Of a stretch of 27,618 nt of DNA, positions 9,798 through 18,069 are shown in pieces. The translations under genes and the position numbers were made by a program. Origin of the DNA: a virus (Duplodnaviria; Caudoviricetes); IMG/VR virus record IMGVR_UViG_3300017722_003002, positions 1-27,618 of that record; one strand, written 5' to 3'. Below the pieces are notes generated by a model. The model did no database searches. It saw only the letters and a program-made list of their open reading frames with translations, and was not told where the DNA came from. The number at the start of each line of letters is the position of its first letter. Position 1 is the stretch's first letter.

Positions 9798-10019
9798 TAC
9801 ACGTACGTGAACCCTTAGGTCATTTTTTTTATTTTCATAAAAAAGTTAAGAATGCTAATATACTGATAAAACACACGTAGTAATTGACTTTTTACTAATA
9901 TAGGTACTAATAAGTGCTAATAACAACTAATATTTCATAGTTATCCACAGCATGCTTTGTTGCAACGGTTTCGATTTTGAAAAATGAAAAATAATTTCTG
10001 TCCCTATCACGTACGTGTA
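9798..10019. other. Putative replication origin
   Basis: AT-rich non-coding stretch bounded by the 13-bp inverted repeat TACACGTACGTGA (9798-9810) / TCACGTACGTGTA (10007-10019). CTAATA occurs at 9855, 9895, 9907, 9917 and 9927. TTATCCACA is at 9941-9949. It sits directly upstream of the replication genes. Confidence 0.6.
9941..9949 (+). promoter_or_regulatory. DnaA box (perfect TTATCCACA)
   Basis: Exact match to the high-affinity DnaA-box consensus, next to the phased CTAATA repeats. Confidence 0.6.
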
Positions 10020-10037
10020 TGGCATAGGAAAAAACAA

Positions 10038-10065
10038 TTAGACATTGCTGTTATTGGGCTATAAT
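10038..10065 (+). promoter_or_regulatory. Putative sigma70-type promoter of the replication module
   Basis: Perfect TATAAT at 10060-10065. The TTAGAC/TAGACA -35-like hexamer has suboptimal 15-16 nt spacing. Confidence 0.45.
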
Positions 10066-10098
10066 GGGTACTCAGAAAGCAACAGAAAGAGTTTTGAA

Positions 10099-11583
10099 AT
10101 GCAGAGATTTAAGACCAAACCCTATGACCATCAGTTAGAGGCATTTAACCTGTCCTCTGAACTAGAATCATTTGCCTTGTTGATGGAACAAGGTACTGGC
10201 AAAACAAAAGTCATCATTGACACTGCCGCCCATTTGTTTGGGTTGGGACGGATTGATGCTGTGCTTGTTGTTGCCCCCAATGGTGTTCACCGCAATTGGA
10301 TTCACAACGAGTTGCCGGTGCACCACCCAGATTGGGCTCCCCACATCGCCACCTATTGGTCATCTATGCCAACGAAGGCAGAACGCAAGGCCCTCGAAAA
10401 CCTGTCAGATCCCAAGTTTGTGGGTCTTCGTTGGTTATCCCTCAACGTCGAAGCGTTCTCTTCTGAAAAGGGGCGCAAAATGGCTGAGAACTGGCTTCAT
10501 ACACACAAGGTTCTGTTTGTTGTTGACGAATCATCGCGAATCAAGACACCAACGGCACAAAGGACCAAGAATATTTTGAAACTTGCCAAGCTGGCGCCTT
10601 ACAGAAGAATTATGACAGGGACGCCCGTGACGCAAGGTCCCACAGATGTTTTTGCCCAGTTTTCATTTCTTGATGAGAACATCCTGCAAACCAGTAGTTA
10701 TTATGCTTTCAAGGCTGAGTATTCTGAGTTGTTGCCAGCCAACCATGGTCTCATGCGGCACATTGTTGCAAGAACAGGCTCCAAGTTTGTGCCTCAAGTC
10801 ATTGCCAAGGACAAGAGTGGTAGACCCATTTGGCGGAACCTTGACAAGTTGCAGTCCTTGCTCGCTCCTTACTCCTACCGGAAGCGGAAAGTCGAGTGCC
10901 TGGACCTGCCGCCTAAGATTTACCAACGCCTGTACCATGAGTTGGAGCCGGTGCAGGAGAAGGCGTACAACTACATTAAGGATGAGTTGAGGATGAAGAT
11001 GGAGAGTGGGGATGTGAAAGTGCTCACCAAAATGGAATCTATTTTGCGCCTACAACAAGTGGTAGGTGGGCATGACGGGGAAAGTAAAAGCTATTTTGAA
11101 ACACCTGAGAAAAACCCACGCATCGCTGCCATGATGGAGGCGTTGGAAGACATACAAGGAGGGGTCATCATTTGGGCACGTTTTGTAGCAGAGATCAAAG
11201 CCATCAGCGCTGCTCTCAAAACCAAGTATGGTGATGATTCGGTGGTGCAGTATTTTGGAGAGGTCAAACAGCAAGATCGTGTGGATGCTGTGGACAAGTT
11301 CCAGGCTAGTGATGCAAGGTTCTTTGTAGGTCAGCCACATTCAGGTGGTATTGGGTTGACCCTCACTAAGGCGAAAACTGTTATTTACTACTCGAACGAT
11401 TACTCTCTCGAGACTCGACTTCAAAGTGAAGATCGAGCGCACCGAATAGGGCAAGACGAAAGCGTAACCTACATTGACGTGGAAGCAGTCGGCACGATAG
11501 ACAAAGCGATAGTAAAAGCACTAAGAGATAAACAAGATATTGCGTCATTGGTAACTGGGGATCCTAAACTGGAGTGGATATAA
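10099..11583 (+). CDS. SNF2-family (SF2) helicase/ATPase
   Basis: Walker A-like MEQGTGKT, VVDESS, MTGTP, GGIGLTLT and QSEDRAHRIGQ motifs. Start moved to ATG 10099, downstream of the promoter and the AGAAAG leader. Confidence 0.92.
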   Translation: MQRFKTKPYDHQLEAFNLSSELESFALLMEQGTGKTKVIIDTAAHLFGLGRIDAVLVVAPNGVHRNWIHNELPVHHPDWAPHIATYWSSMPTKAERKALENLSDPKFVGLRWLSLNVEAFSSEKGRKMAENWLHTHKVLFVVDESSRIKTPTAQRTKNILKLAKLAPYRRIMTGTPVTQGPTDVFAQFSFLDENILQTSSYYAFKAEYSELLPANHGLMRHIVARTGSKFVPQVIAKDKSGRPIWRNLDKLQSLLAPYSYRKRKVECLDLPPKIYQRLYHELEPVQEKAYNYIKDELRMKMESGDVKVLTKMESILRLQQVVGGHDGESKSYFETPEKNPRIAAMMEALEDIQGGVIIWARFVAEIKAISAALKTKYGDDSVVQYFGEVKQQDRVDAVDKFQASDARFFVGQPHSGGIGLTLTKAKTVIYYSNDYSLETRLQSEDRAHRIGQDESVTYIDVEAVGTIDKAIVKALRDKQDIASLVTGDPKLEWI

Positions 11584-11588
11584 AGAAA

Positions 11589-11936
11589 ATGTCAAAAGTA
11601 TTTATCACACAAGAAAAGATGCGGAAAAATATTGCAGGTGATTTCGTTCAGCAATTTGATCTGACACCGGCGTTGAAGTATGGGAAGATGGAGGTGTTGA
11701 TTCCAGCAGGAAGAGCACTCTTTGCACCTGTCCTGACCATTCGCACACTTAAAGAGAAGTTAGCAGATTTTTCTGATGATGACTATTTGCTCACAGTTGG
11801 TGACCCATCAGTTATTGCCGCTGCTGCCATGATTGCGGGGGAAAAGAACAACGGGCGGGTGAAGATTCTTAAATGGGATCGGATTGAGCATGACTACATT
11901 TCTATTCAACTAGACACATCGGGGAAAGCAGTATGA
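11589..11936 (+). CDS. Conserved phage hypothetical protein (DYLLxxGDP...LKWDR)
   Basis: ATG 5 nt after the helicase stop; ATGA overlap with the next gene. Confidence 0.75.
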   Translation: MSKVFITQEKMRKNIAGDFVQQFDLTPALKYGKMEVLIPAGRALFAPVLTIRTLKEKLADFSDDDYLLTVGDPSVIAAAAMIAGEKNNGRVKILKWDRIEHDYISIQLDTSGKAV

Positions 11937-12445
11937 GTATTCCAAGCAATGACAGCATCAAACAAATCGCAGACCTTGCCCAGCGGCAAGTCGATTTGTT
12001 GCAAAAGATTGAACAAGTGGAGTCAGACCTAAAACAACTTAATGAGGACCTGCGGGTGGTGTCAGAAGTTGACCTGCCAACCGCAATGTTTGAGGCAGGC
12101 GTTAGTTCCTTTACACTGGACAATGGGATGAAGGTGTCAACGAAAGATGATGTCTATGCATCCATCCCGAAGGACAAAGAAAGTACAGCGTTTGCATGGC
12201 TCAATACCAATGGCTTTGGTGGTATCATCAAGCATGTGGTGTCAGCGTCGTTTGGTAAGGAGGAGGATGCAAGGGCGAAAGAATTGATAGCGGCGGCACA
12301 AAGACTAGGCCTTAACCCAGAGGACAAACGGTCAGTGCATTCAGCAACCTTGAAGGCCTTTGTGAAAGAGCAGTTGGCGCAGGGAAAGAATATTCCATTG
12401 GAGCTTTTCGGGGCCTATCAGGTCACCAAGGCAACAGTGAAGTAA
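11933..12445 (+). CDS. Conserved phage replication-module protein (N-terminal coiled coil; VHSATLKAFVKEQ)
   Basis: 170-aa ORF with an ATGA overlap, positioned before the SSB-like gene. Confidence 0.75.
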   Translation: MSIPSNDSIKQIADLAQRQVDLLQKIEQVESDLKQLNEDLRVVSEVDLPTAMFEAGVSSFTLDNGMKVSTKDDVYASIPKDKESTAFAWLNTNGFGGIIKHVVSASFGKEEDARAKELIAAAQRLGLNPEDKRSVHSATLKAFVKEQLAQGKNIPLELFGAYQVTKATVK

Positions 12446-12446
12446 A

Positions 12447-12483
12447 CCTCTTGAGCTGGGCGGAGGGTAAAAACTAGCCCGGT
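12447..12483 (+). promoter_or_regulatory. Candidate H-type RNA pseudoknot upstream of the SSB-like gene RBS
   Basis: S1: CCUCU (12447-51) / GGAGG (12462-66). S2: GCUGGGC (12455-61) / GCCCGGU (12477-83). L1 is 3 nt, L2 is 0 nt, and L3 is the A-rich GUAAAAACUA. Confidence 0.55.
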
Positions 12484-12502
12484 GTTTTTTAAGGAGCCAA
12501 AA

Positions 12503-13285
12503 ATGGCGAAAAATGAAGTTGCAGTAAAGCAGGAAAACCTGTTAGCGCTTGCCTCAATGTATGAGCAAGATGTCGGTGCCGGATTTGAGAACGCAGACCG
12601 TGATTCTTATTCCATACCCTATATTGCTATTTTGCAATCGGGGTCACCGCAGGTGAAGAAATCAGATGGTGCCTATATTAAAGGGGCGGAGGAGGGGTTT
12701 TTCTTTAACTCCGTGAGTCAGGAAGTTGTGAATGGGGAAACAGGCCTCTTGGTCATCCCCTGTTACTTCACCCGGCGCTTTATTGAATGGGTGCCTCGGG
12801 AGGCCGCAGGTGGTGGTGGGTTGGCTGGTGAACACTTGCCCTCTGACCCAACGGTCATCAATTGCCAGCGTGATGCAAAGAACCAGTTGGTGTTAGCCAA
12901 TGGCAACAACCTTGTTGACACCCGCACACACTACGTGTTGGTGGTTGATAAGGCGACAGGTCTCTTCACCCCCGCCCTCATCAGCATGAGTAGCACACAG
13001 GTGAAGAAGAGTCGTCAATGGATGACGCGCATGGAGAGTATTAAGTTTAAGAACGCTGCTGGTCAGCTCTTTACTCCTCCCATGTTCTCCCACATGTACC
13101 ACCTGACCACTGTGCCAGAGCAGAACGATCAGGGTTCGTGGTATGGGTGGAAGATTGAGACTGCAGGGGCAGTTGAGGATGCGGCTTTGTACGGTGCTGC
13201 TAAGTCATTTCGTGATGCGGTAAAGAGCGGTGAGGCCAAGCCTGCCGCACCTGTTGCTGCCACTGCGGATGATGTTCCGTTTTAA
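12503..13285 (+). CDS. Putative single-stranded DNA-binding protein
   Basis: Strong SD (TAAGGAG) before ATG 12503. Acidic C-terminal tip DDVPF resembles the bacterial SSB tail, after an Ala/Pro linker. It lies between the helicase and the primase. Confidence 0.7.
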   Translation: MAKNEVAVKQENLLALASMYEQDVGAGFENADRDSYSIPYIAILQSGSPQVKKSDGAYIKGAEEGFFFNSVSQEVVNGETGLLVIPCYFTRRFIEWVPREAAGGGGLAGEHLPSDPTVINCQRDAKNQLVLANGNNLVDTRTHYVLVVDKATGLFTPALISMSSTQVKKSRQWMTRMESIKFKNAAGQLFTPPMFSHMYHLTTVPEQNDQGSWYGWKIETAGAVEDAALYGAAKSFRDAVKSGEAKPAAPVAATADDVPF

Positions 13286-13300
13286 CCCTTGTTGAGTTTC

Positions 13301-13367
13301 GGGGGGAAAGCAGATTCTGCGTGACTCTGAAGTGAAGCGCAAAGTAAGCAGTGTAGCGAGTACCCCC
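13301..13367 (+). ncRNA. Candidate structured RNA element (extended hairpin with loop-E/sarcin-ricin-like motif) in the primase leader
   Basis: GGGGG/CCCCC outer stem, GAAA opposite GAGUA, then GC/GC, and a CUGC/GCAG inner stem, inside a 100-nt intergenic gap. Confidence 0.4.
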
Positions 13368-13385
13368 ACCCCGTAGAAAGAAAGC

Positions 13386-14897
13386 ATGAGACAAGCAGCA
13401 GAAAGATTTCAAGCCCTGTTTGAAGGGCTACACCGGGCACACGGTCAATACCGTATTAATGATGCATCGGTTGGAGATAAAAAGATTTCAGGCAGAGCGT
13501 TAACGGTGTTGGAGCCGTTGAGTTTGGACAAGTGGGAAGATCATTTGAATGGCAAGTTGGGCGTGGGTTCAATTCCTATCCGAGATGATGCTACTTGTTC
13601 TTGGGGTGCCATAGACATTGACACCTACCCCTTGGACATCCCCGCATTGGAATCTAAGTTAAAGGACATGAATTTACCCCTAGTGCCTTGCAGAACAAAA
13701 TCTGGCGGTGCCCACTTGTACTTGTTTGTCAACACCCCTGTATCTGCTGAAAAGATACGCAACTACTTGATGAAGTTTTCTTCAATCCTTGGTCACCCAG
13801 GAGTGGAGATATTTCCAAAACAGGTCAAATTGGCAAGTGAGCGGGATGTTGGCAATTGGATCAACATGCCGTATTTTAACGGTGACAAAACAGACCGTTA
13901 CGCCATCATTGGTGGCAAAAAAGCCTCTGTACTGCAGTTCCTCAAAAGGGCAGAACAGATAAAATCGGTGTTGACAGAGGAAAAACTAGCCACTCTTGCC
14001 ATTAAAGAAACAGAATCATTTTCCGATGGGCCACCTTGTTTGCAAGCACTCTCACTCAACAAAATACCACAGGGGCAAAGGAATGAGGGGCTTTTTGCAC
14101 TCGGTGTCTACGCTAGGATGAAGTTTGGGGATGACTGGGAAACGGAGGTAACAGAGTACAACAGGCTCTACGTTGACCCACCCCTACCCTTCAAAGAGGT
14201 TGGCATGGTCATCAAATCTCTCAATCGAAAGAACTACTTCTACCCCTGTACCAAGTCACCCATTGTGGGGCTTTGCAACAAAGAATTGTGCAAACACAGG
14301 GAATACGGGGTTGGACAGAGTGATTCTGATGAGCCCTCTATCAATGTGGGCACCTTGGTTAAAATATTGTCTGACCCACCCACTTGGATAATTGATGTTG
14401 ATGGGGTTAGGTTGGAGTTGAATACCGATGACTTGTTGTCACAGGAAAAGTTTCGCAAGATTTGCATGGAAAAAATCAACAAGTTGCCCAACCGGATCAA
14501 ACCGCACAGGTGGGAGAAGATGGTGAAGGAAAAGTTGGAGCATGTGGAGTTGATAGAGGCACCACCGGATGCGTCAACAGAGGGACGGTTTATGCAGTTG
14601 GTAGAGACTTTCTGCACAGGACAAGCACAGGCAAGGCATCAAGATGAATTACTCGCAGGCAAACCCTGGACAAATGAAAAACGAACATACTTTAGATCAG
14701 TCGACCTTGCTCGATTTCTGGATCAACAACATTTTAGAGAGCTTACCAACAAAGAGCAATGGGCAGCGCTTAGGCGAGCCGGTTCTTCCCATCACCAATT
14801 TAATATCAAAGGCAAGTGTGTGCAGTGCTGGTCAATAGATGAGTTTGCACACCAGAATGAGGATTTTGAAGTGCCGCATGTGGAGAATGAGTTTTGA
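13386..14897 (+). CDS. AEP-family primase (prim-pol) with PriCT-like and Cys-cluster domains
   Basis: AEP motifs IDID, RTKSGGAHLY and NWINMPY; PriCT-like GQRNEGLF; four Cys (PPC...YPC...LC...LC). Confidence 0.82.
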   Translation: MRQAAERFQALFEGLHRAHGQYRINDASVGDKKISGRALTVLEPLSLDKWEDHLNGKLGVGSIPIRDDATCSWGAIDIDTYPLDIPALESKLKDMNLPLVPCRTKSGGAHLYLFVNTPVSAEKIRNYLMKFSSILGHPGVEIFPKQVKLASERDVGNWINMPYFNGDKTDRYAIIGGKKASVLQFLKRAEQIKSVLTEEKLATLAIKETESFSDGPPCLQALSLNKIPQGQRNEGLFALGVYARMKFGDDWETEVTEYNRLYVDPPLPFKEVGMVIKSLNRKNYFYPCTKSPIVGLCNKELCKHREYGVGQSDSDEPSINVGTLVKILSDPPTWIIDVDGVRLELNTDDLLSQEKFRKICMEKINKLPNRIKPHRWEKMVKEKLEHVELIEAPPDASTEGRFMQLVETFCTGQAQARHQDELLAGKPWTNEKRTYFRSVDLARFLDQQHFRELTNKEQWAALRRAGSSHHQFNIKGKCVQCWSIDEFAHQNEDFEVPHVENEF

Positions 14898-16432
14898 AGA
14901 TTGGAATGGGCGAGCAGCGGTTGATCCTAGGAGCCCCTGGGTGTGGTAAGACCACCAGCCTTTTGAAGCTGCTGGAGCAGGAGATTGCCTTTGGAACCCC
15001 TGTTGGACGCATTGCCTTTGTCTCCTTCACTAGAAAAGCCGTACAAGAAGCCATCTCACGAACCTGTGACCAGTTTGAGTACCAGAAAGCAGACCTGCAC
15101 AATTTTAAAACCATCCATGCACTTTGCTACCGGGAGTTGGCGGTCAAAAAGAACGAGCTGGTTACAACTGCCAACATGACTGAATTTTCCAAAGTCATGC
15201 GTATGCCCTTCAGCGCCAACATGGATGACTCTACTGGCTTGGCTGCTGGCGCCACCCTTGGGGATGAGATGCTTTTTTATGCCTCACTTGCGCGGGTCAG
15301 AAGGGCGCCGTTGGAGGAGGTGTATCAGGAGTTAACACAACCAGCGTTTACTTGGCACATGTTCAAACAAATTGCTGATGCCTATGAAGGGTACAGGAAA
15401 GAGGCAGGGGTGCTGGATTTCACAGACATTTTGGAAAAGTTTGTTGCCCACGGCTCACCTGTCAACTGCGATGTCGCCTTTATTGATGAGGCACAAGATT
15501 TGTCTACCCTGCAGTGGGAGGTGTTGAAGGTTGCATTCGCGCATTGCCGCTGGGTGTACATAGCGGGGGATGATGACCAAGCCATTTATTCGTGGTCAGG
15601 GGCAGACATTAAAACATTCCTTGCCCTAGAGGGTGAAAAAGAGGTACTAGGTATCTCACACCGTATGCCTAGAAGCATCTTTGACCTGTCCCAACGCATC
15701 ATCAAACAAGTAAGCCACAGGTATGAGAAGGTGGTGGTGCCTAGGAATGAGGAAGGCTCAATTGAATTCCACAATGACCCAGACAGCATACCCATTGACC
15801 CGACCAAAGGCTCATGGTTGATTTTGGTACGCAACACCTACGCCTTGTCCAACATTGAAAAGAATTTGCGCCTCTTGGGTATCCCCTACATCCGCAGGCA
15901 CGGCACCTGGTCTGTGAACCAGACACATCTACAGGCGATAAGGTGCTGGGAGAAGTTGCGGGCAGGGCACTATCAGGCAGGCATTGCTATCAAAAAAGTG
16001 TATGAGCAATTTCGTGTTGGGTATGAGGTAAAAAGGGGGTTCAAATCTTTAAGAAAAATGGATGACAACACTACCTACACCCTGCAGGAGTTAATAGACA
16101 GTTTTGGGTTGTTAACAGATGCCATTTGGCATGATGCTTTTAAAGCCATTCCATCAGACGACATTGAATACTACCTGTCCATTCTCCGCACCTATGGCTC
16201 ACAGGCATTTACCAATAAACCAGAGGTACATGTGAACACCATTCACGGGGTGAAGGGAGGGGAGGCGGAGAATGTGGTGTTGCACTTGGATCAGGCAAGA
16301 AAAACCAACCTAGAATACCTAGCAAATCCAGATGCAGAAAGGCGCGTCATGTATGTGGGAGTCACCCGTGCACGGAGGTGCTTGCACATCGTCCAGCCCC
16401 AAACCAATAGGTTTTTTCAATTGCCAATGTAG
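14894..16432 (+). CDS. UvrD/Rep-like SF1 helicase
   Basis: GAPGCGKTT, FIDEAQD, AGDDDQAIY, SHR, TIHGVKGGE and YVGVTRAR motifs. Start may be TTG 14894 or ATG 14906. Confidence 0.92.
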   Translation: MKIGMGEQRLILGAPGCGKTTSLLKLLEQEIAFGTPVGRIAFVSFTRKAVQEAISRTCDQFEYQKADLHNFKTIHALCYRELAVKKNELVTTANMTEFSKVMRMPFSANMDDSTGLAAGATLGDEMLFYASLARVRRAPLEEVYQELTQPAFTWHMFKQIADAYEGYRKEAGVLDFTDILEKFVAHGSPVNCDVAFIDEAQDLSTLQWEVLKVAFAHCRWVYIAGDDDQAIYSWSGADIKTFLALEGEKEVLGISHRMPRSIFDLSQRIIKQVSHRYEKVVVPRNEEGSIEFHNDPDSIPIDPTKGSWLILVRNTYALSNIEKNLRLLGIPYIRRHGTWSVNQTHLQAIRCWEKLRAGHYQAGIAIKKVYEQFRVGYEVKRGFKSLRKMDDNTTYTLQELIDSFGLLTDAIWHDAFKAIPSDDIEYYLSILRTYGSQAFTNKPEVHVNTIHGVKGGEAENVVLHLDQARKTNLEYLANPDAERRVMYVGVTRARRCLHIVQPQTNRFFQLPM

Positions 16433-16489
16433 AACCGATAAAAACAATTGTTGAAAATAAACAAAAAAGTTATTCATCTATATGTTTTT

Positions 16490-16549
16490 TGCCATACAAT
16501 GGACAGCAATGACAAAGTAAATGTCAGAAACCAGAAAGGATAGAAAGAT
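16490..16549 (+). promoter_or_regulatory. Repeated promoter/leader element, copy 1
   Basis: TGCCATACAAT (16490-16500) and CAGAAAGGATAGAAAGAT (16532-16549) both recur exactly within 25520-25563. Confidence 0.65.
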
Positions 16550-16859
16550 GTCAAACGCAGTAAACAACACTTTGGAATTAGTAGACCGCCTAGGCCTCAT
16601 TGAGGACCAGATTGAGCAATTGCGCGAACAACAAGAAGATTTGAAGAATCAGCTTAAGTTGTTGGGTGCAGGCACATATGCTGGCAACTTGTTTGTTACC
16701 ACAGTCAAGCACACAGCAGAGCGCAAGACAGTGGCATGGGCAAAGGTTGCTAAAGAGCTTAATGCTCCAGAAGAACTTGTCACCAAGTACACCACAGTAG
16801 CTAAAGACATAATGTCTGCAGAAACTAACCCCCGCACAAATGTTCAAATTGTTTATTAA
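16548..16859 (+). CDS. Hypothetical protein (N-terminal coiled coil)
   Basis: ATG 16548 follows the AGAAAGGA leader (ORF track starts at 16521); 103 aa. Confidence 0.7.
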   Translation: MSNAVNNTLELVDRLGLIEDQIEQLREQQEDLKNQLKLLGAGTYAGNLFVTTVKHTAERKTVAWAKVAKELNAPEELVTKYTTVAKDIMSAETNPRTNVQIVY

Positions 16860-16877
16860 TCTTTAAGGAAAATTATC

Positions 16878-17855
16878 ATGGCACACGAAATCGACTTCAC
16901 AACCGGCAAAGCAGCAATGGCATATGTTGGTGACACTCCCTGGCATAACCTGGGTCAGAAAATGGAAGCTGGCAAGACAATTGATGAATGGAAGTATGCC
17001 GCTGGCATGAACTTTAGCCTGGAGAGCAAAGACGTGCTCTTCGAAACAAATGATGGCAACATCTTGACTGTACCTGACCGCAAGGTGCTGGTCCGCTCTG
17101 ACAACCAGAAAGCGCTGGGTGTGGTTTCACGCAACTACAAAGTTGTGCAACCAGGTGAGGTGTTGGAGTTTTATCGTGACTTGACTGAGAGTGCAGGTTT
17201 TCAAATGGAGACTGCGGGTGTGTTGCGCGATGGTCGCAAATACTGGGCGCTTGCCAATATGGGTCAAGAGGCGAAGGTGTTGGACGACACAATCAAAGGT
17301 TACTTGTTGTTGGGCACAGCCTGTGACGGCTCAATGTCAACTGTTGCTATGTTCACAAGCATCCGAGTGGTGTGCAACAACACTTTGACCTTTGCAGTAG
17401 AGGGCACAGGGGCAAACAAGGGACAGCGTATTGTCCGCATCAACCACAGAAGCAACTTCAATGAGACAAAGGTCAAAGCACAATTGGGCTTGGCTGCTAC
17501 CTCATGGGATTCGTTTATCAAGTCAGTGGATGTGTGGAGCAGGACAAAGGTTAACAATGACCAGGCAGAAAGCTTCTTCAGCTCAGTTTCTACCTACACC
17601 AATGAGAAAGGTGATGCAGTGGTCAGTGCCAAGACAGTGGACGCTTTGTTTGACCTGTACCAAGGTCGTGGCATGGGTTCAGACCTTGAGGCAGCACGCA
17701 AGACAGTTTGGGGCCTCATCAATGCTGTGACTGAGCATGTGGATCATCACCGTGGTCGTTCAGATGATGTTCGCATTGACCGTTCATGGTTTGGCGATGG
17801 TCAGACAACAAAAGAATTGGCAGTCAACCTTGCCAACCAATTGGTAGCGGCCTAA
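16878..17855 (+). CDS. DUF932 / phage-plasmid TIGR03299-like protein
   Basis: PWHNLG N-terminus, YKVVQP, ETAGVLRDGRKYW, DGS...TSIRVVCNNTL and WGLINAVTEHVDH motifs; SD TAAGGA. Confidence 0.88.
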   Translation: MAHEIDFTTGKAAMAYVGDTPWHNLGQKMEAGKTIDEWKYAAGMNFSLESKDVLFETNDGNILTVPDRKVLVRSDNQKALGVVSRNYKVVQPGEVLEFYRDLTESAGFQMETAGVLRDGRKYWALANMGQEAKVLDDTIKGYLLLGTACDGSMSTVAMFTSIRVVCNNTLTFAVEGTGANKGQRIVRINHRSNFNETKVKAQLGLAATSWDSFIKSVDVWSRTKVNNDQAESFFSSVSTYTNEKGDAVVSAKTVDALFDLYQGRGMGSDLEAARKTVWGLINAVTEHVDHHRGRSDDVRIDRSWFGDGQTTKELAVNLANQLVAA

Positions 17856-17856
17856 G

Positions 17857-18069
17857 TTGCGCTACTACTTGTCCCGTCCACCTATCCGTGCAGGCAATAG
17901 CGATGCACGGATAGTTTTGGACAAGATACAGGCAGCAAGTGTGGTTGGCATTGACCAAAAAGATTTGGTAAGATATGCGCAGGTTGGGTTTGGAATGGAG
18001 GAGAAAGATATCAACCGGCACCTCAGGCTATTACTTAAAAAAGGATTCATCTATGTTCGGGAAGAATAA
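17857..18069 (+). CDS. Small putative wHTH DNA-binding protein
   Basis: 70-aa ORF with a TTG start filling the gap before queE; INRHLRLLLKKGFI resembles a wHTH recognition helix and wing. Confidence 0.45.
   Translation: MRYYLSRPPIRAGNSDARIVLDKIQAASVVGIDQKDLVRYAQVGFGMEEKDINRHLRLLLKKGFIYVREE

Noticed and set aside
9855-9932. CRISPR or mini-array
   Set aside because: The repeats are only 6 bp with mostly 4-6 bp gaps and no cas genes are present; they fit origin-type repeats better.
12447-12477. preQ1-I riboswitch (stem-loop plus AAAAACUA tail)
   Set aside because: The P1 closing pair and loop register do not match the preQ1-I consensus, a longer alternative S2 pairing exists, and the downstream gene is SSB-like rather than a Que gene. 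Kept only as a generic pseudoknot.
12443-12483. Stop-codon readthrough stimulated by the pseudoknot
   Set aside because: The structure starts only 1 nt after the TAA, and an in-frame TGA follows after two codons.
16396-16432. PIP/clamp-like motif at the UvrD C-terminus (QPQTNRFF)
   Set aside because: It falls within the usual end of the SF1 helicase fold and matches the consensus weakly.
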